From assembly GCA_022072165.1 (NCBI GenBank), contig JAJVIF010000004.1, positions 79,667 through 143,666 of the forward strand: a stretch of 64,000 nt of DNA. The letters are read 5' to 3'. The notes below the pieces were generated by a model that saw only the letters and a program-made list of their open reading frames with translations, was not told the origin of the DNA and searched no databases. Source of the stretch: a bacterium. Its GTDB lineage: Bacteria > JAJVIF01. A program made the translations under genes and the position numbers. Positions 9,261 to 19,706 of the stretch are shown piece by piece; the stretch's first letter is position 1, and every line of letters begins with the position of its first letter.

Positions 9261-10127
9261 ATGCCAGAGAGTGCCTCATTGCCGCCGGCGCCGCCGCCTC
9301 TTGATCCGCACCGGCCGCAGCCGGTGATTCAGCTACGCCATGTCACCTGCGGCTATGGGACGGTCCCGATCCTGCGGGATCTTTCCTTTGACATCTGCGA
9401 GGGCGAAGTCTTCGTCATCATCGGGGGGTCCGGGAGCGGAAAAACCACGCTATTGCGGACCCTCATCGGCTTTGCCCAGGTGCTGGAGGGGGACCTCTGG
9501 ATTCTGGGGCAGCACGTGACGACCCTGCGGGAGTCGGCCTGGAGTCGCATTCGCGAGCGGATGGGCATGGTGTTCCAGAAGGCCGCCCTCTTTGACAGCC
9601 TGACGGTGTACGAAAATGTCGCCTTCCCTCTGGTCGAGCGCTACCCGAAGATGAAGCCCAAGGAAGTGGCGCAGCGGGTCTTCGACATCCTGGACAGTGT
9701 CAATCTCGGCGGGACCGAATCGCTCTATCCCAATGAGATTTCCGGCGGTCAGGCCAAGCGGGTCGGGCTGGCCCGGGCACTCATTGATAAGCCAAAGATT
9801 CTGCTGTACGACGAGCCAACCTCGGGCCTCGACCCGGTGATGACCGCGAATGTCGATGGTCTGATCCTGCAGGCGAAGGCGCAGTACGAGGTCACGAGTG
9901 TGGTGGTGAGTCACGACATGAACAGCGTCTGGCGCATTGCCGACCGCGTGGTGGTCCTGCATGAGCGTCGGCTGCTCGCACTGGGGACACCGGAAGACAT
10001 ACAGTCGCATCCGGACGACGAATTGCAGCAGTTCATCGGGGGGCGACTCCCGTCGGACAATCCGCTGGGACAGGTGCTGGAGCAGTACGGTCATCAGCGA
10101 CCCTCCATGAGGGAGCGTCGGCTATGA
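9261..10127 (+). CDS. ABC transporter ATP-binding protein, MlaF/Mkl-like
   Basis: Walker A GGSGSGKTT, signature ISGGQAKRVGLARAL, Walker B ILLYDEPTSGLD, H-loop SHDM; overall resembles MlaF. Confidence 0.85.
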   Translation: MPESASLPPAPPPLDPHRPQPVIQLRHVTCGYGTVPILRDLSFDICEGEVFVIIGGSGSGKTTLLRTLIGFAQVLEGDLWILGQHVTTLRESAWSRIRERMGMVFQKAALFDSLTVYENVAFPLVERYPKMKPKEVAQRVFDILDSVNLGGTESLYPNEISGGQAKRVGLARALIDKPKILLYDEPTSGLDPVMTANVDGLILQAKAQYEVTSVVVSHDMNSVWRIADRVVVLHERRLLALGTPEDIQSHPDDELQQFIGGRLPSDNPLGQVLEQYGHQRPSMRERRL

Positions 10128-10212
10128 CGCCAGTGCGGGAAGTCTGCGACAATCGCCTGCACTGGGTGCCAGCCGCGGCCTGCTGGAAGGCCGTCGCCGG
10201 GAAGGAGTCCCC

Positions 10213-11850
10213 ATGAGCTCGCGCGCGGTTCTGTCGCCCAGCGCCAAAGTCGGCATCACCACCGTGGCGGTCACCATCGTCGTGATCATGGTGGGCTTTT
10301 TCTTTGGCTGGTGGACCCGCAAGAGCAAAGATGGTTTTGAGCTCTGGATTCACTTCGACAACATCCGCGGTCTGACCCGGGACGCCGAGGTGCTGATTAA
10401 CGGAGCTCCCGTAGGGCGGGTGATGTACTGGGATCCCGCCGAAGACAAGGGTCTGAATGTGCAGGTCCGGATCAACGACCCGAAGCTCCGGATTCATCAG
10501 AACGCTTCGGTGGTGATCACGGCGGAAAGCGTCCTGGGGAAAAAGGTCATCTCCATCACCCAGCCGACCTCCGGGATTCCGGTCTATGTTGAGGAGCCCG
10601 GTAAACCGCGACGCTGGTCAAATCCGCAGGAGCCGGTCTACCGCTTCGAAGCCGGGACGATGGCAGTCGGTAATCAGATTTTCCGGATGCTGGGGGCGAA
10701 GCCGATACGGCTGGGCGAGGTCATCTCGGTGACGCCCGACTCGCCGGGGCACGACCGGGTGACGCTGCGACTGGAAGGGGAGCCGATTCAGTCTGAGGAG
10801 TCGCTCTTTCCGAGCCGGATTGCGGGCGTGCCGGGGACGGTGGGGATGCTGTATCCGCCCGTGCCATCAGGGGAATATCTAAAAGGGACCAAAGAGCCGG
10901 AGGCTTCGGACATCATTTCGTCGGTGAACGATGTGGTCCGGGAGATCAACGGGCTCATCAGCACACTTTCGCCGCAGATTCAGTCCATCACAGGACACCT
11001 TGATGAGGTGCTGGTGAGTGTCCGGGACATGCTGGACAAGAATCAGGTCGATGCCCTGTTTACCGCGCTTGAGCGCGAACTGACCGATACCGGACGAAAC
11101 ATTGATCTCATCACCAACGACCTGCGGGGGCTGATCTCCTCGACGGAGCCCGGGTTGCTGCGGACCCTGGGACATGCCGAAGCTTCGGCGGCCAATGTGG
11201 AGTCCATCACGGGTGAGATGAGCAGCTTCATCGCGGATCCGGCCAAGCGGGCGCAGATCGAGAGCATGTTGACACAACTGGAGCAAAGCTCCGCGCGGAT
11301 CAACGCCATCCTGGAGGACATCGAGTCGCTGACCGGCGATGAGCAGGTTCAGACCGATCTCAAAGGGACCATTTCCACCGCCCGGTCGGTGCTGCAGCAG
11401 GCAGACACCACGCTGCAAAAAGTGAATCAGGCCACCGCCTCCCTGGGGGGGCATGAGCTTGGGGTGATGCTGCGACAGCGCTACGAAGTGGAGTCCCGGC
11501 AGTCGTACACCGATGCCCGGATCATGCTCGACAAGCCGAAGGAGTATCAGCTCTACCTGGGAGCGTCAGACATCGGCGAAGGGGGGAAGCTCGACCTGGG
11601 GTACGGGTGGTACCTGGGCGAGAACGTCGTGGCGCGCGGCGGGCTGCGACGGGGCAAGCCGGGTGTCGGGGCTGACCTCTACTTTGACCCCTTCCGGCTC
11701 TCCACGGATCTATATGACGCCAACGATCTGCGCCTCGACATCAACGGCACCTGGTTTTTCGATGACCAGCTGGGGCTCTATGTTGGGCTGGATGATGTGC
11801 TGGACGAGGGGACCGACCGGGTGAATGTCGGTGCGACGCTGAAATTCTAG
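10213..11850 (+). CDS. MCE/MlaD-family protein with N-terminal TM anchor and long C-terminal extension
   Basis: TM helix ITTVAVTIVVIMVGFFFGWW followed by MCE-like core FDNIRGLTRDAEVLINGAPVGRVM; ends ...NVGATLKF. Confidence 0.8.
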   Translation: MSSRAVLSPSAKVGITTVAVTIVVIMVGFFFGWWTRKSKDGFELWIHFDNIRGLTRDAEVLINGAPVGRVMYWDPAEDKGLNVQVRINDPKLRIHQNASVVITAESVLGKKVISITQPTSGIPVYVEEPGKPRRWSNPQEPVYRFEAGTMAVGNQIFRMLGAKPIRLGEVISVTPDSPGHDRVTLRLEGEPIQSEESLFPSRIAGVPGTVGMLYPPVPSGEYLKGTKEPEASDIISSVNDVVREINGLISTLSPQIQSITGHLDEVLVSVRDMLDKNQVDALFTALERELTDTGRNIDLITNDLRGLISSTEPGLLRTLGHAEASAANVESITGEMSSFIADPAKRAQIESMLTQLEQSSARINAILEDIESLTGDEQVQTDLKGTISTARSVLQQADTTLQKVNQATASLGGHELGVMLRQRYEVESRQSYTDARIMLDKPKEYQLYLGASDIGEGGKLDLGYGWYLGENVVARGGLRRGKPGVGADLYFDPFRLSTDLYDANDLRLDINGTWFFDDQLGLYVGLDDVLDEGTDRVNVGATLKF

Positions 11851-11939
11851 CGCCGCCCGAGTCGGAAGGAGAGACGGTCCTGGCGACGCCAGATGCCACC
11901 GCTGCCGCCCCGCCTGTCCCCACCAGACGTCCCTGGGGC

Positions 11940-14900
11940 GTGCTGCTCTTGCTGCTCGGGCTCCTGCTGGTTGGGGGCCTGACCTGGCGTCTGTTGATCT
12001 CGCCTCAAGCCGTGATTCGCGCGCTCATCGCCCAGGGAGTGCCGATGCTGGAAGCCCAGACCGGACTCCTCTGGGAATACAACCCGCAGTCGGTGACAGT
12101 CTTCGGCAACACCATCACGCTCCAGCAAGTACGCCTTCTGCTACCGGAAGATCGCACTCCCGTAGCGGAAGTAGACCGGCTGGTGATTCGGCTGCGGTGG
12201 CGGTCGCTGATTCAGCGGGATCCCCTGACTGGCAGCGCAGAGGTCGCCCGGAGTCTGCGGGGTGTCACGCTGGACGGCCTGCAGGTGCATGTGCGACGTA
12301 CTGATGCGGGATTTGATCTGGTCGAGCATTTGCGACAACGTCCGCGCACCGGACCGACCCAGCCACTGACAGCATCGATCAGCATCCGTGGCGCAACGCT
12401 CCATTACACCGACTTTCCGCTGTTGCCTGATGGGTCGCGGGACTGGACCACGCCCCTCTCTTTCGCTGTGGGCTGGCAGGCGGATGGCCGACTACAGCAG
12501 GGAGTGCTGACCAACAGTGTGCTGCGAGTGACACCGGTCAGTGCGCGAGATGACGTGCTGCTGCTCGCGACGGGGGGTGCTGATTTCCAGCAGGGCTACA
12601 GCTTCACGCTGAGTCCTGATGTCTCCGTGGCTGACCTGGGGCGGGAGGGTTGGCTTGGTCCGTTGCTCCAGGTGCTCGGACCATCCGCAGAGTCCTATGG
12701 CGCGATGTTCACTGGCGGGAGTCTGACAGGGCAGGTCCTGGCGGTCGGGGATGTCAGCGGAGGGTTGCCTGAGACTGCCGGAGACCTCCGGGTGCGCAAC
12801 CTCGTGGTGCGTCATGCCCTGCTGGGGGCCGAGGAAGCGCAAGTGGCGCTGGATGTCACGCTCCAGCCTGGTAAGTGGCGCATTACGCATGGCACATTGC
12901 ACTACGGCTCGTGGGAACTGGCCTTTTTAGGGGCGGTGGACCCGACATCCGGGGACTGGCCAGTCGATCTGCGGTTTACCGCCATGGGGTTCGAGTTGCC
13001 TGAGATTCCGGTCCCGCTGCCCTTTGCGGAGAGCATCGGTTACCACGGACCCCTCACCGCCGCCGGCCAGGTGCAGGGGCCGATTGGCGATCCGGAAATC
13101 GTGGCAACCGTCCTGGGACCCCGGGTGCTGCTGGCGGGACAGCCCTTCGAGCTGTTGCCATCGACGGTCCGTTACCGGCGGCAGATTCTGCGCCTGCAGG
13201 CCACCGCCAGGAGCGCAGGGCGGCAACTACTGGTTGCCGGGAGTGCCGACCTGGCAGGCCAGACATCAGGCTTTCAGATAGAGGCCCGGGAGCTGGAGGC
13301 GATGCTCGTGCGCAAAGCATTGCCGGCGTTCAGCACGGTGCCGCTGGAGGGGCCGCTGAATGCCGCCATCACTATCCTGAACTCGCCAGGGGAGCCGACC
13401 TGGACGGATATCCAGCTGGCGAGTCGACAGGGGACCTTTGCTGGTGCCCCCTATGGCGCGATGCTCGGCAAGCTCCGTCTGGCGGGGGAAGCAGTAGATA
13501 TCCAGCGGGTCATGCTCACACTCCCCGATGGAGCCCCGGGTGCGATTCACGCGCAGGGGACCTGGACACCCGGGGGAGATCTGCAGCTGCATGCGGAGTG
13601 GGGTGGTCTTGACCTCGCACGCTATCTGCCGGGAGGGTACCTCCGGGGTGAGGGCTTCGGGAGACTGGACCTGCGCGGCACCGACATCGCGCCGGAGGGC
13701 GACTTCACCCTCCAGGTGCTCGATGGTTCGCTGGGCAGCTTTCCGTTTCAGCGTCTACGGCAGACTGGACGATTGTCGGAAAGTCGACTGGAGCTGACTG
13801 ATGGGACGCTCGTGCTGGAGCGGGGCAATGTGTCGCTGCATGGCGTGATTGATCTGGCGGCGACTGAACAGGTGTCGCTGCAGCTGGATTGCTCGCAGCT
13901 GGGCGGGCTGAGCTTCGGGCCAGTCGATGTGCGATCCGTGTCCGGCGAGTTGACGCTCCGTGGTCCCCTGACGAATCTGAAGCTGGAGCAGCGAGTGCAT
14001 GGGGAAATCGAAGTGGCCGGGCTGGAGTGTACGGCGACTGCGGCGCATCCACTGGAACTGACGCTGTCGCAGATGGGGATCCAGACCGCCATGACCCCCA
14101 TGTCCTGGCTGGGACTGTATGACCAATGGAGCCGTGTGGCCCCAACTATTCGTCAGGACTGGGTGCTGAGCCATCAGGGAGCGATTCATGTCGCCCCCAC
14201 CGGGATGAACACAACATTTGATCCGCACTTGTCCGCCGCGATTCGCAAGGCCGCTCCCACCCTGGGACATCTGATGCTTGAGGCAGATGAGGAGTCCGCC
14301 GACGTGTTGCCTGTCACAGGCGATGTGATCCTGGCGGGAGGCTGGGAGGGTCGCAATGGGGTCGCCCTGGGAGAGACATCGCTCACCAGCGAGCTGCTTC
14401 AAATTGGTCCCACGCGACTGACGCAGGTAACCGGGAGACTGGGGCGCGAGGAACCGGGGCCGCTGCAGGTTGCGCTCCGGGGATCGCGGGAGGAGTCGGC
14501 GTTCAGCGTCGAGGGGACACTGACACCGGCGGCGATCCTGGGGGAGAGTCCGCTGGACCTTCACCTCGCGCTGGATCACTGGCCCCTGTCAACCGTCGTC
14601 GCCCTCACCGCGCCAGGAATCGCCCCGCAGATTGATGGGCTCCTGACGGGCGGCGGACGCCTGCAGGGTCCGCTGGCAGCGCTGGAAACCACACCCGCCA
14701 CGGCAGGGGCTCCGGGGCATCTCCATTTCGCGCTGCATGATGGACGGCTGGGCGAGTTGCGCGACATCACCGGAGATCTCGTGATGGCGTTGCGTGAAGG
14801 GGAGTTTCGTTTACACGAGCTGGCCCTGACCGGAGCAGAGGACTTCCGGGTCCGGGGACAGGGGACCATTTATCTGGCGTCGGACCGTTTCAGTGATTCC

Positions 14901-16874
14901 CGGGCAGTGTTCAACATGAGCGGGTTGCCGCTGGAGCGACTCCGTCCGCTGTTCGGCGAGAACCCACCGGAGATGAGCGGGCTGCTGGAATGCAGCGCGC
15001 AGTACGCCTCCCTCAACGGGATTCCCGGGATCCAGGGGCTTCTCAGCATTCAGGCCCCGCGAATCGGATTACTACAGCTTGATCGTCTCCAGGCCCTGCT
15101 GCTGTACAACCCATTCACGCGACGACTCACCATCGAGCGGGAACGTCCGCTGTTTGTTGAGAAGCAGAGCTACCGGCTCCTGATGCACGGGCGCGTGGAT
15201 TTTCCGGAGGATCAGTCGCCGCAGCTGTCGCTGGAACTGGAGACACCGGCATCACAGGCGATGCTGCCCGTAGCGGCGGTCATCAAGCCGAACGAATACT
15301 ACTCCGCGCAAGGGGGGATGGAGTCGCTCTTCCTGAGAGTTCGCGGCACCCTGCTACAGCCTCGACTCTATGGCGACGCCGAGATCAGCCTGAGCGATAT
15401 CCGGTGGCTCGGCCAGCCGGTGCTGGCGAAAGCGGAGGGGACGCTCCACTTTGATGAACAGGTCCTGCTGCTGGAGGACCGGCAGTTCTGGATCGAGAAC
15501 AGTGATGGTGGAAAGACCGGGCGTCTGGCACTGGAAGGACGCCTGGACCTGGGGGCGTTGCTCGGCGCACAGGCGACCCGGGAACTCGGCGCGGTCCGCC
15601 TGCGCCCCGCATCACCGGGGGCGGTCCTGCCGCTAACCGGTTTCGGTCTCCACGCCGGACTCATGGTGCCCGAGCCCGGAGCCCCAGGGGCGGGACGTCC
15701 CCTGGGACTCCGGCTCTCCGGGGAAGAATTGCTGCTCACTGGCGACATCGCGCTGGGTTCCGGCAGTGTCGACATCGGTGGCCTCACACGCCTAGCGGCG
15801 ACGCCGGCAAATCTGGCGAGCCGGGAAGGGGTCGCGGGCAGCAGCGCCACGCGAGTCCCCGGCCCGATGGTGTCGTTCGATGTTGGGATGTCGATTCCCG
15901 AAGGCTTTCAGGTGACTGGTCCGACGGGGCTCAAGATGACTTTGGCGGCAGGACGGGTGCAGGTCACTGGTAACCTGTTGACTCCCAGCATCGTGGGAAC
16001 CATCTCCGCCCGGAGTGGGAGTCTGGGAGTGCTCGGGAAAGAGTTCCGTCTGGTGGAACCGGCGGTGCTGACCTTCAACAGCCTCTACGGTCTCGATCCG
16101 CTGATCCAGGCCCGGGCAGAAACCCGGGTGGATACGACAGACCCCTCATCGCTTGGCGGACGACGAACGGTCATCATCACGGTCACAGTGAACGCCCAGT
16201 TCCAGGACCTCGGGGAGAGCAACACGCCGGGGTTGTCGTTCAGCAGCAACGATCCGCAGTACGGCACCGCAAGCCAGATTCTGGCACTCCTGGCGGGCTT
16301 CGGTGGAGATCGTCCGCAACTGGCTGGCGTGGATGATCCCCTGGGAGAGCGGCTCCTCAAGGGCTTGGGAAATGCCGCAGTCAGTATTCCGGGACAAGTG
16401 GTGGGTCAGTTCTTTGAGGAAGAGGGCTTTCGTCGGTTTCTCATTGGCACCAATGTCGATGGGGACCTCTTCATCGATGCTGAGTACGAGCTGTACAAGC
16501 AATTCTCCGTGGACTACCGGCAGGAGTTTGGGGTGGACCGCGACTGGGAAGCGGGAGTCCGCTATGAGTTCCGGAATAACTCGTACTTCCGGCTCGGGAC
16601 CAACGAAGACTACGACTTCATCGCCGCGCTGGAATACCGGATTCCGTTGGGGACCCGTCAGGTGAAGGCGAGTCGGCGAGAGATAGCGGAAGAAGAGGCC
16701 GCACTGGCGGCTCGGGAAGCGGACCGGGATGCGGCGGCGCAGGCACCAGTCGATCCAGCGGGCGTCCGGGATGACAATGCCACGATCGAGGAGTTGCCCG
16801 GCGCCCCAGAGGTGATCTCTGAGGCGCGGGAGCAGACCGAACGTCATCTGGAGGAGATACAGGAGCAGGAATGA
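11940..16874 (+). CDS. TamB/AsmA-like giant envelope protein (translocation and assembly module TamB family)
   Basis: 1644 aa from a GTG start, N-terminal signal anchor LLLLLGLLLVGGLTW, long beta-rich body, C-terminal region resembling TamB DUF490 (GTNVDGDLFIDAEYELYKQFSVDYRQEFGVDRDWEAGVRYEFRNNSYFRLG). Confidence 0.8.
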   Translation: MLLLLLGLLLVGGLTWRLLISPQAVIRALIAQGVPMLEAQTGLLWEYNPQSVTVFGNTITLQQVRLLLPEDRTPVAEVDRLVIRLRWRSLIQRDPLTGSAEVARSLRGVTLDGLQVHVRRTDAGFDLVEHLRQRPRTGPTQPLTASISIRGATLHYTDFPLLPDGSRDWTTPLSFAVGWQADGRLQQGVLTNSVLRVTPVSARDDVLLLATGGADFQQGYSFTLSPDVSVADLGREGWLGPLLQVLGPSAESYGAMFTGGSLTGQVLAVGDVSGGLPETAGDLRVRNLVVRHALLGAEEAQVALDVTLQPGKWRITHGTLHYGSWELAFLGAVDPTSGDWPVDLRFTAMGFELPEIPVPLPFAESIGYHGPLTAAGQVQGPIGDPEIVATVLGPRVLLAGQPFELLPSTVRYRRQILRLQATARSAGRQLLVAGSADLAGQTSGFQIEARELEAMLVRKALPAFSTVPLEGPLNAAITILNSPGEPTWTDIQLASRQGTFAGAPYGAMLGKLRLAGEAVDIQRVMLTLPDGAPGAIHAQGTWTPGGDLQLHAEWGGLDLARYLPGGYLRGEGFGRLDLRGTDIAPEGDFTLQVLDGSLGSFPFQRLRQTGRLSESRLELTDGTLVLERGNVSLHGVIDLAATEQVSLQLDCSQLGGLSFGPVDVRSVSGELTLRGPLTNLKLEQRVHGEIEVAGLECTATAAHPLELTLSQMGIQTAMTPMSWLGLYDQWSRVAPTIRQDWVLSHQGAIHVAPTGMNTTFDPHLSAAIRKAAPTLGHLMLEADEESADVLPVTGDVILAGGWEGRNGVALGETSLTSELLQIGPTRLTQVTGRLGREEPGPLQVALRGSREESAFSVEGTLTPAAILGESPLDLHLALDHWPLSTVVALTAPGIAPQIDGLLTGGGRLQGPLAALETTPATAGAPGHLHFALHDGRLGELRDITGDLVMALREGEFRLHELALTGAEDFRVRGQGTIYLASDRFSDSRAVFNMSGLPLERLRPLFGENPPEMSGLLECSAQYASLNGIPGIQGLLSIQAPRIGLLQLDRLQALLLYNPFTRRLTIERERPLFVEKQSYRLLMHGRVDFPEDQSPQLSLELETPASQAMLPVAAVIKPNEYYSAQGGMESLFLRVRGTLLQPRLYGDAEISLSDIRWLGQPVLAKAEGTLHFDEQVLLLEDRQFWIENSDGGKTGRLALEGRLDLGALLGAQATRELGAVRLRPASPGAVLPLTGFGLHAGLMVPEPGAPGAGRPLGLRLSGEELLLTGDIALGSGSVDIGGLTRLAATPANLASREGVAGSSATRVPGPMVSFDVGMSIPEGFQVTGPTGLKMTLAAGRVQVTGNLLTPSIVGTISARSGSLGVLGKEFRLVEPAVLTFNSLYGLDPLIQARAETRVDTTDPSSLGGRRTVIITVTVNAQFQDLGESNTPGLSFSSNDPQYGTASQILALLAGFGGDRPQLAGVDDPLGERLLKGLGNAAVSIPGQVVGQFFEEEGFRRFLIGTNVDGDLFIDAEYELYKQFSVDYRQEFGVDRDWEAGVRYEFRNNSYFRLGTNEDYDFIAALEYRIPLGTRQVKASRREIAEEEAALAAREADRDAAAQAPVDPAGVRDDNATIEELPGAPEVISEAREQTERHLEEIQEQE

Positions 16875-16929
16875 ATCGGGTACGATGCCCGAGGTCCTCA
16901 CTCCCCCGCTGTCCGGAGCGCCAGTCGCC

Positions 16930-17244
16930 ATGATGATCATCTTCTCGGTCACGCCCTTTGGGGTCGGTGAGCATCTTTCGGAGCAGGTCGCCCGGGCGGT
17001 GAAAATCGTGGCGGAGTCCGGGTTGCCCTATCAGGTGACGCCCATGGGGACGATCATCGAAGGGGAGTGGGACGCGGTGATGGCAGTGGTGAATCAGTGC
17101 CGGCTGGCCATCCTGGAGGAATGTCCGCGGGTCGCCATTAAATGCTGGATCGATGATAAACAGGGTGTCACAGACTCCATGGGCCACAAAACTCAGGTCT
17201 TGCAGGAGCGTCTGGGGATGCCCCTGAAAGTCACCCCCGGGTAG
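16930..17244 (+). CDS. MTH1187/YkoF-family protein (thiamine-binding-like fold)
   Basis: MMIIFSVTPFGVGEHLSEQVARAVKIVAESGLPYQVTPMGTIIEGEWDAVMAVVNQC matches the MTH1187 family pattern. Confidence 0.7.
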   Translation: MMIIFSVTPFGVGEHLSEQVARAVKIVAESGLPYQVTPMGTIIEGEWDAVMAVVNQCRLAILEECPRVAIKCWIDDKQGVTDSMGHKTQVLQERLGMPLKVTPG

Positions 17245-17463
17245 GCCGCTATACTGTCAGGCCGCGATGACGGCAGGCGCGATTTCGGGCGGTGGCCCAT
17301 GTCTGGTGCAGACAACGCTGCCATATCGTCAGGACACCGACCGCACTTCCCGGTGTCGAGGCGCGGGACCACAGCGCTCTCCAATGCGAGCGTCGCGCAG
17401 CAGCAGCCTTCTGATTCCACGTACTGCCGGCGGATCAACCGGAGCCGGCGATGAGGAGCATGC

Positions 17464-18216
17464 ATGACCGAGGGAACGCACGAGGATCAGTTACGGGAAG
17501 CCGTACTGATGCTCAAGGGGTGGCTGGAGCATCTGGATCCGACTGTCGAGATTGACGGTCTGGAGACAGATGAGGAAATCGTGCTGGATGTCGATGCGGA
17601 CCAGATGGGTCTGGTGATCGGCCGTAAGGGGAGCGTGCTGGAGTCCCTCCAGTACCTGATGAACGTCATCATGTTCCGGCGCTACGAGAATCCAAAGCCG
17701 ATTCACCTGGATGCCCAGGGCTACCGCGCCAAGAAGGAACAGTTACTCAAGAGCCAGCTCCTCGATGCCCGGGACCAGGTGATGGCCCGCAATCGTGAGC
17801 AGGCCCTGCCACCTATGAGCGCAGCGGACCGCAAGCTGGTCCACTCGCTGGCCCGGGATATCCCCGGCATCGCGACCGTCTCCAAGGGGCTGGGGGCGAA
17901 TCGCCTCCTCTTCGTGGTCCCCGAAGCGATGGAAGAAGAATTCACCAATCTGCCGGATCACAAAGTCCGCTTTCCCCGCTTCGATGATGATCGCGGTCGG
18001 GGAGGACGTCCTGGCGGTCGTCCTGGTGGCGGTGGTGGCGGCTATCGCGGTGGTGGTGGCAGCTATCGGGGCGATGGCTCCGGTGGGGGCTACCGCGGCA
18101 GTGGCGGCGGTGGCTATCGCGGCGGTGGGGGCGGCGGACGTCCCGGTGGGGGCGGCGGGTACCGCGGCGGCGGTGGTGGTGGCTATCGCGGTGGCGGCGA
18201 CCAGGGTCCCCGCTAG
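17464..18216 (+). CDS. khpB: KH + R3H RNA-binding protein KhpB/Jag with Gly/Arg/Tyr-rich C-terminal tail
   Basis: KH GXXG motif LVIGRKGSVLESL, R3H motif RKLVHSLARD; last ~70 aa are GYRGGGGG repeats; GAGGAG RBS upstream. Confidence 0.8.
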   Translation: MTEGTHEDQLREAVLMLKGWLEHLDPTVEIDGLETDEEIVLDVDADQMGLVIGRKGSVLESLQYLMNVIMFRRYENPKPIHLDAQGYRAKKEQLLKSQLLDARDQVMARNREQALPPMSAADRKLVHSLARDIPGIATVSKGLGANRLLFVVPEAMEEEFTNLPDHKVRFPRFDDDRGRGGRPGGRPGGGGGGYRGGGGSYRGDGSGGGYRGSGGGGYRGGGGGGRPGGGGGYRGGGGGGYRGGGDQGPR

Positions 18217-18246
18217 CGATCCACACACAATCGACTCAGTGGCAAC

Positions 18247-18265
18247 GGCAGGAGTTACTCCTGCC
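18247..18265. terminator. 8-bp stem hairpin between convergent khpB and BNR genes
   Basis: GGCAGGAG-TTA-CTCCTGCC; no clear U tract. Confidence 0.25.
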
Positions 18266-19697
18266 GTGGCGCGTTTATCGAGACCTGCTCAGCCGCGGCC
18301 AGGGTCATGGGCCAGGTGAGTCCCCACATGCTCGCCTGCGGTGCAGCAACCTGGATGCTCCCGCTCCCTTCTTCCGGGAGCGACACAATCTGACGCTGAA
18401 ACAGCACGCTCGCCTGCGTTCCATTAAAGGCCAGGTCCAGCGGGTAATCGCGACGTTGCGCGTTGTAATCCCCCATCAGCACCGCTGGCGTTGACCAGGT
18501 CGCGCCGGTATCGCTACTCCGGGTCCACTGCAGCTGATGAGCGTCCGGAACCACGATCTCGTTGGCATCGAGGGCATACACCAACAGCAACTGTTGCTGA
18601 CTGCGTGCGAGTTGCGGCTGAGCAGTCGCGATGCCAGTGATGCTGCTTAACGGTGAGGCGACCTCTCGCCAGGGCCCCGGTCCATCGGCGACCAGGACCG
18701 TCAGGTCGTAGCCGCGCAGTTCCCCCGCTTGCGGTGGTCCCCAATGACCAATGGCGACCGCCCAGCCCCCCTGGGCATCGACCGCCGCGACCGGTCGCTC
18801 GGTGAATTGCCCCGGGATGACCGGCATCAGGATCTCTGGCGAGTCTGGTGGAGTCTGGTGCCAGTCGAAGCGCCAGGCGAGGACCGCACTGTCGACTTCC
18901 CGCTGGCTCGACTCGACCCGTGGTGGCGCTTCGGCCCGGAGGGTGAGGAGAGTCGTACCCGCCGGTCCGATCCGGACATCGGGAGGTTGCCAGGTCTGCC
19001 AGTCGCTGGAGCGTCGCAGGCCCGGTCCCGGCACAAACTCGACACTCGCCGCATCAGCGGTGAAGCACTGGATGCCTGAAGCTCCGAGGTTGTCGGTCCA
19101 GGGGATCACCAGCATCACCAGATCGTGATTTGTCGCGAGGATGGGGAACGTCGGAGTCCCGGGGAGCGCGGAGTCCGGGATGCTCCACGACTGCCAGGCA
19201 TCGCCGGGAGCGCCACGAAAGACGGTCACTTGCGATTGCCCCTCCCGCATCTCCCGAACCGCCACCCAGGTACGCGGAGATTCATCCGCGCTGGCGCCGT
19301 GAGTCCAGATCACCGAAGGCTGCACCTGTCCAACAACCGGTCCGGGCTCCGGGTGGCTGGTGACCGGCTCGCGCCTGGTGGCGGTGGCTGTTCCGAAAGC
19401 GACCGTCGTCTGATCGAGGGCCAGATACGCCGTCAGCAATCGGCCATCGGGGAGGGCGGCGAACTGTCGACGGGGATACCGGGCGGCCAGCAATGCCGGA
19501 GGCAAATCCGGGTCGGTGAGCTTCAGCAGGAGGCCCCCCGGAGGGACCAGCGCGACTTGCATAGTCGTGGGGACCACGGTGGCGGACATTAGCCGGGTAT
19601 GACCACGTTTGCGCTCGCGATCCGTACGCACCACCAGCATGGCGAGCAATGCTACGAGCAGGAGCGGCACACCGAAGGCGAGGAGCGAGCGCTTCAT
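18255..19697 (-). CDS. membrane-anchored BNR/Asp-box repeat protein (beta-propeller-like)
   Basis: N-terminal anchor MKRSLLAFGVPLLLVALLAMLVV; Asp-box SSDTGATWS. Confidence 0.6.
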   Translation of the reverse strand: MKRSLLAFGVPLLLVALLAMLVVRTDRERKRGHTRLMSATVVPTTMQVALVPPGGLLLKLTDPDLPPALLAARYPRRQFAALPDGRLLTAYLALDQTTVAFGTATATRREPVTSHPEPGPVVGQVQPSVIWTHGASADESPRTWVAVREMREGQSQVTVFRGAPGDAWQSWSIPDSALPGTPTFPILATNHDLVMLVIPWTDNLGASGIQCFTADAASVEFVPGPGLRRSSDWQTWQPPDVRIGPAGTTLLTLRAEAPPRVESSQREVDSAVLAWRFDWHQTPPDSPEILMPVIPGQFTERPVAAVDAQGGWAVAIGHWGPPQAGELRGYDLTVLVADGPGPWREVASPLSSITGIATAQPQLARSQQQLLLVYALDANEIVVPDAHQLQWTRSSDTGATWSTPAVLMGDYNAQRRDYPLDLAFNGTQASVLFQRQIVSLPEEGSGSIQVAAPQASMWGLTWPMTLAAAEQVSINAPRQE

Positions 19698-19706
19698 GGA
19701 GGGGCA

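Noticed and set aside
17743-18228. 161-aa minus-strand ORF rich in Ala/Thr
   Set aside because: Antisense translation of the G-rich tail of khpB.
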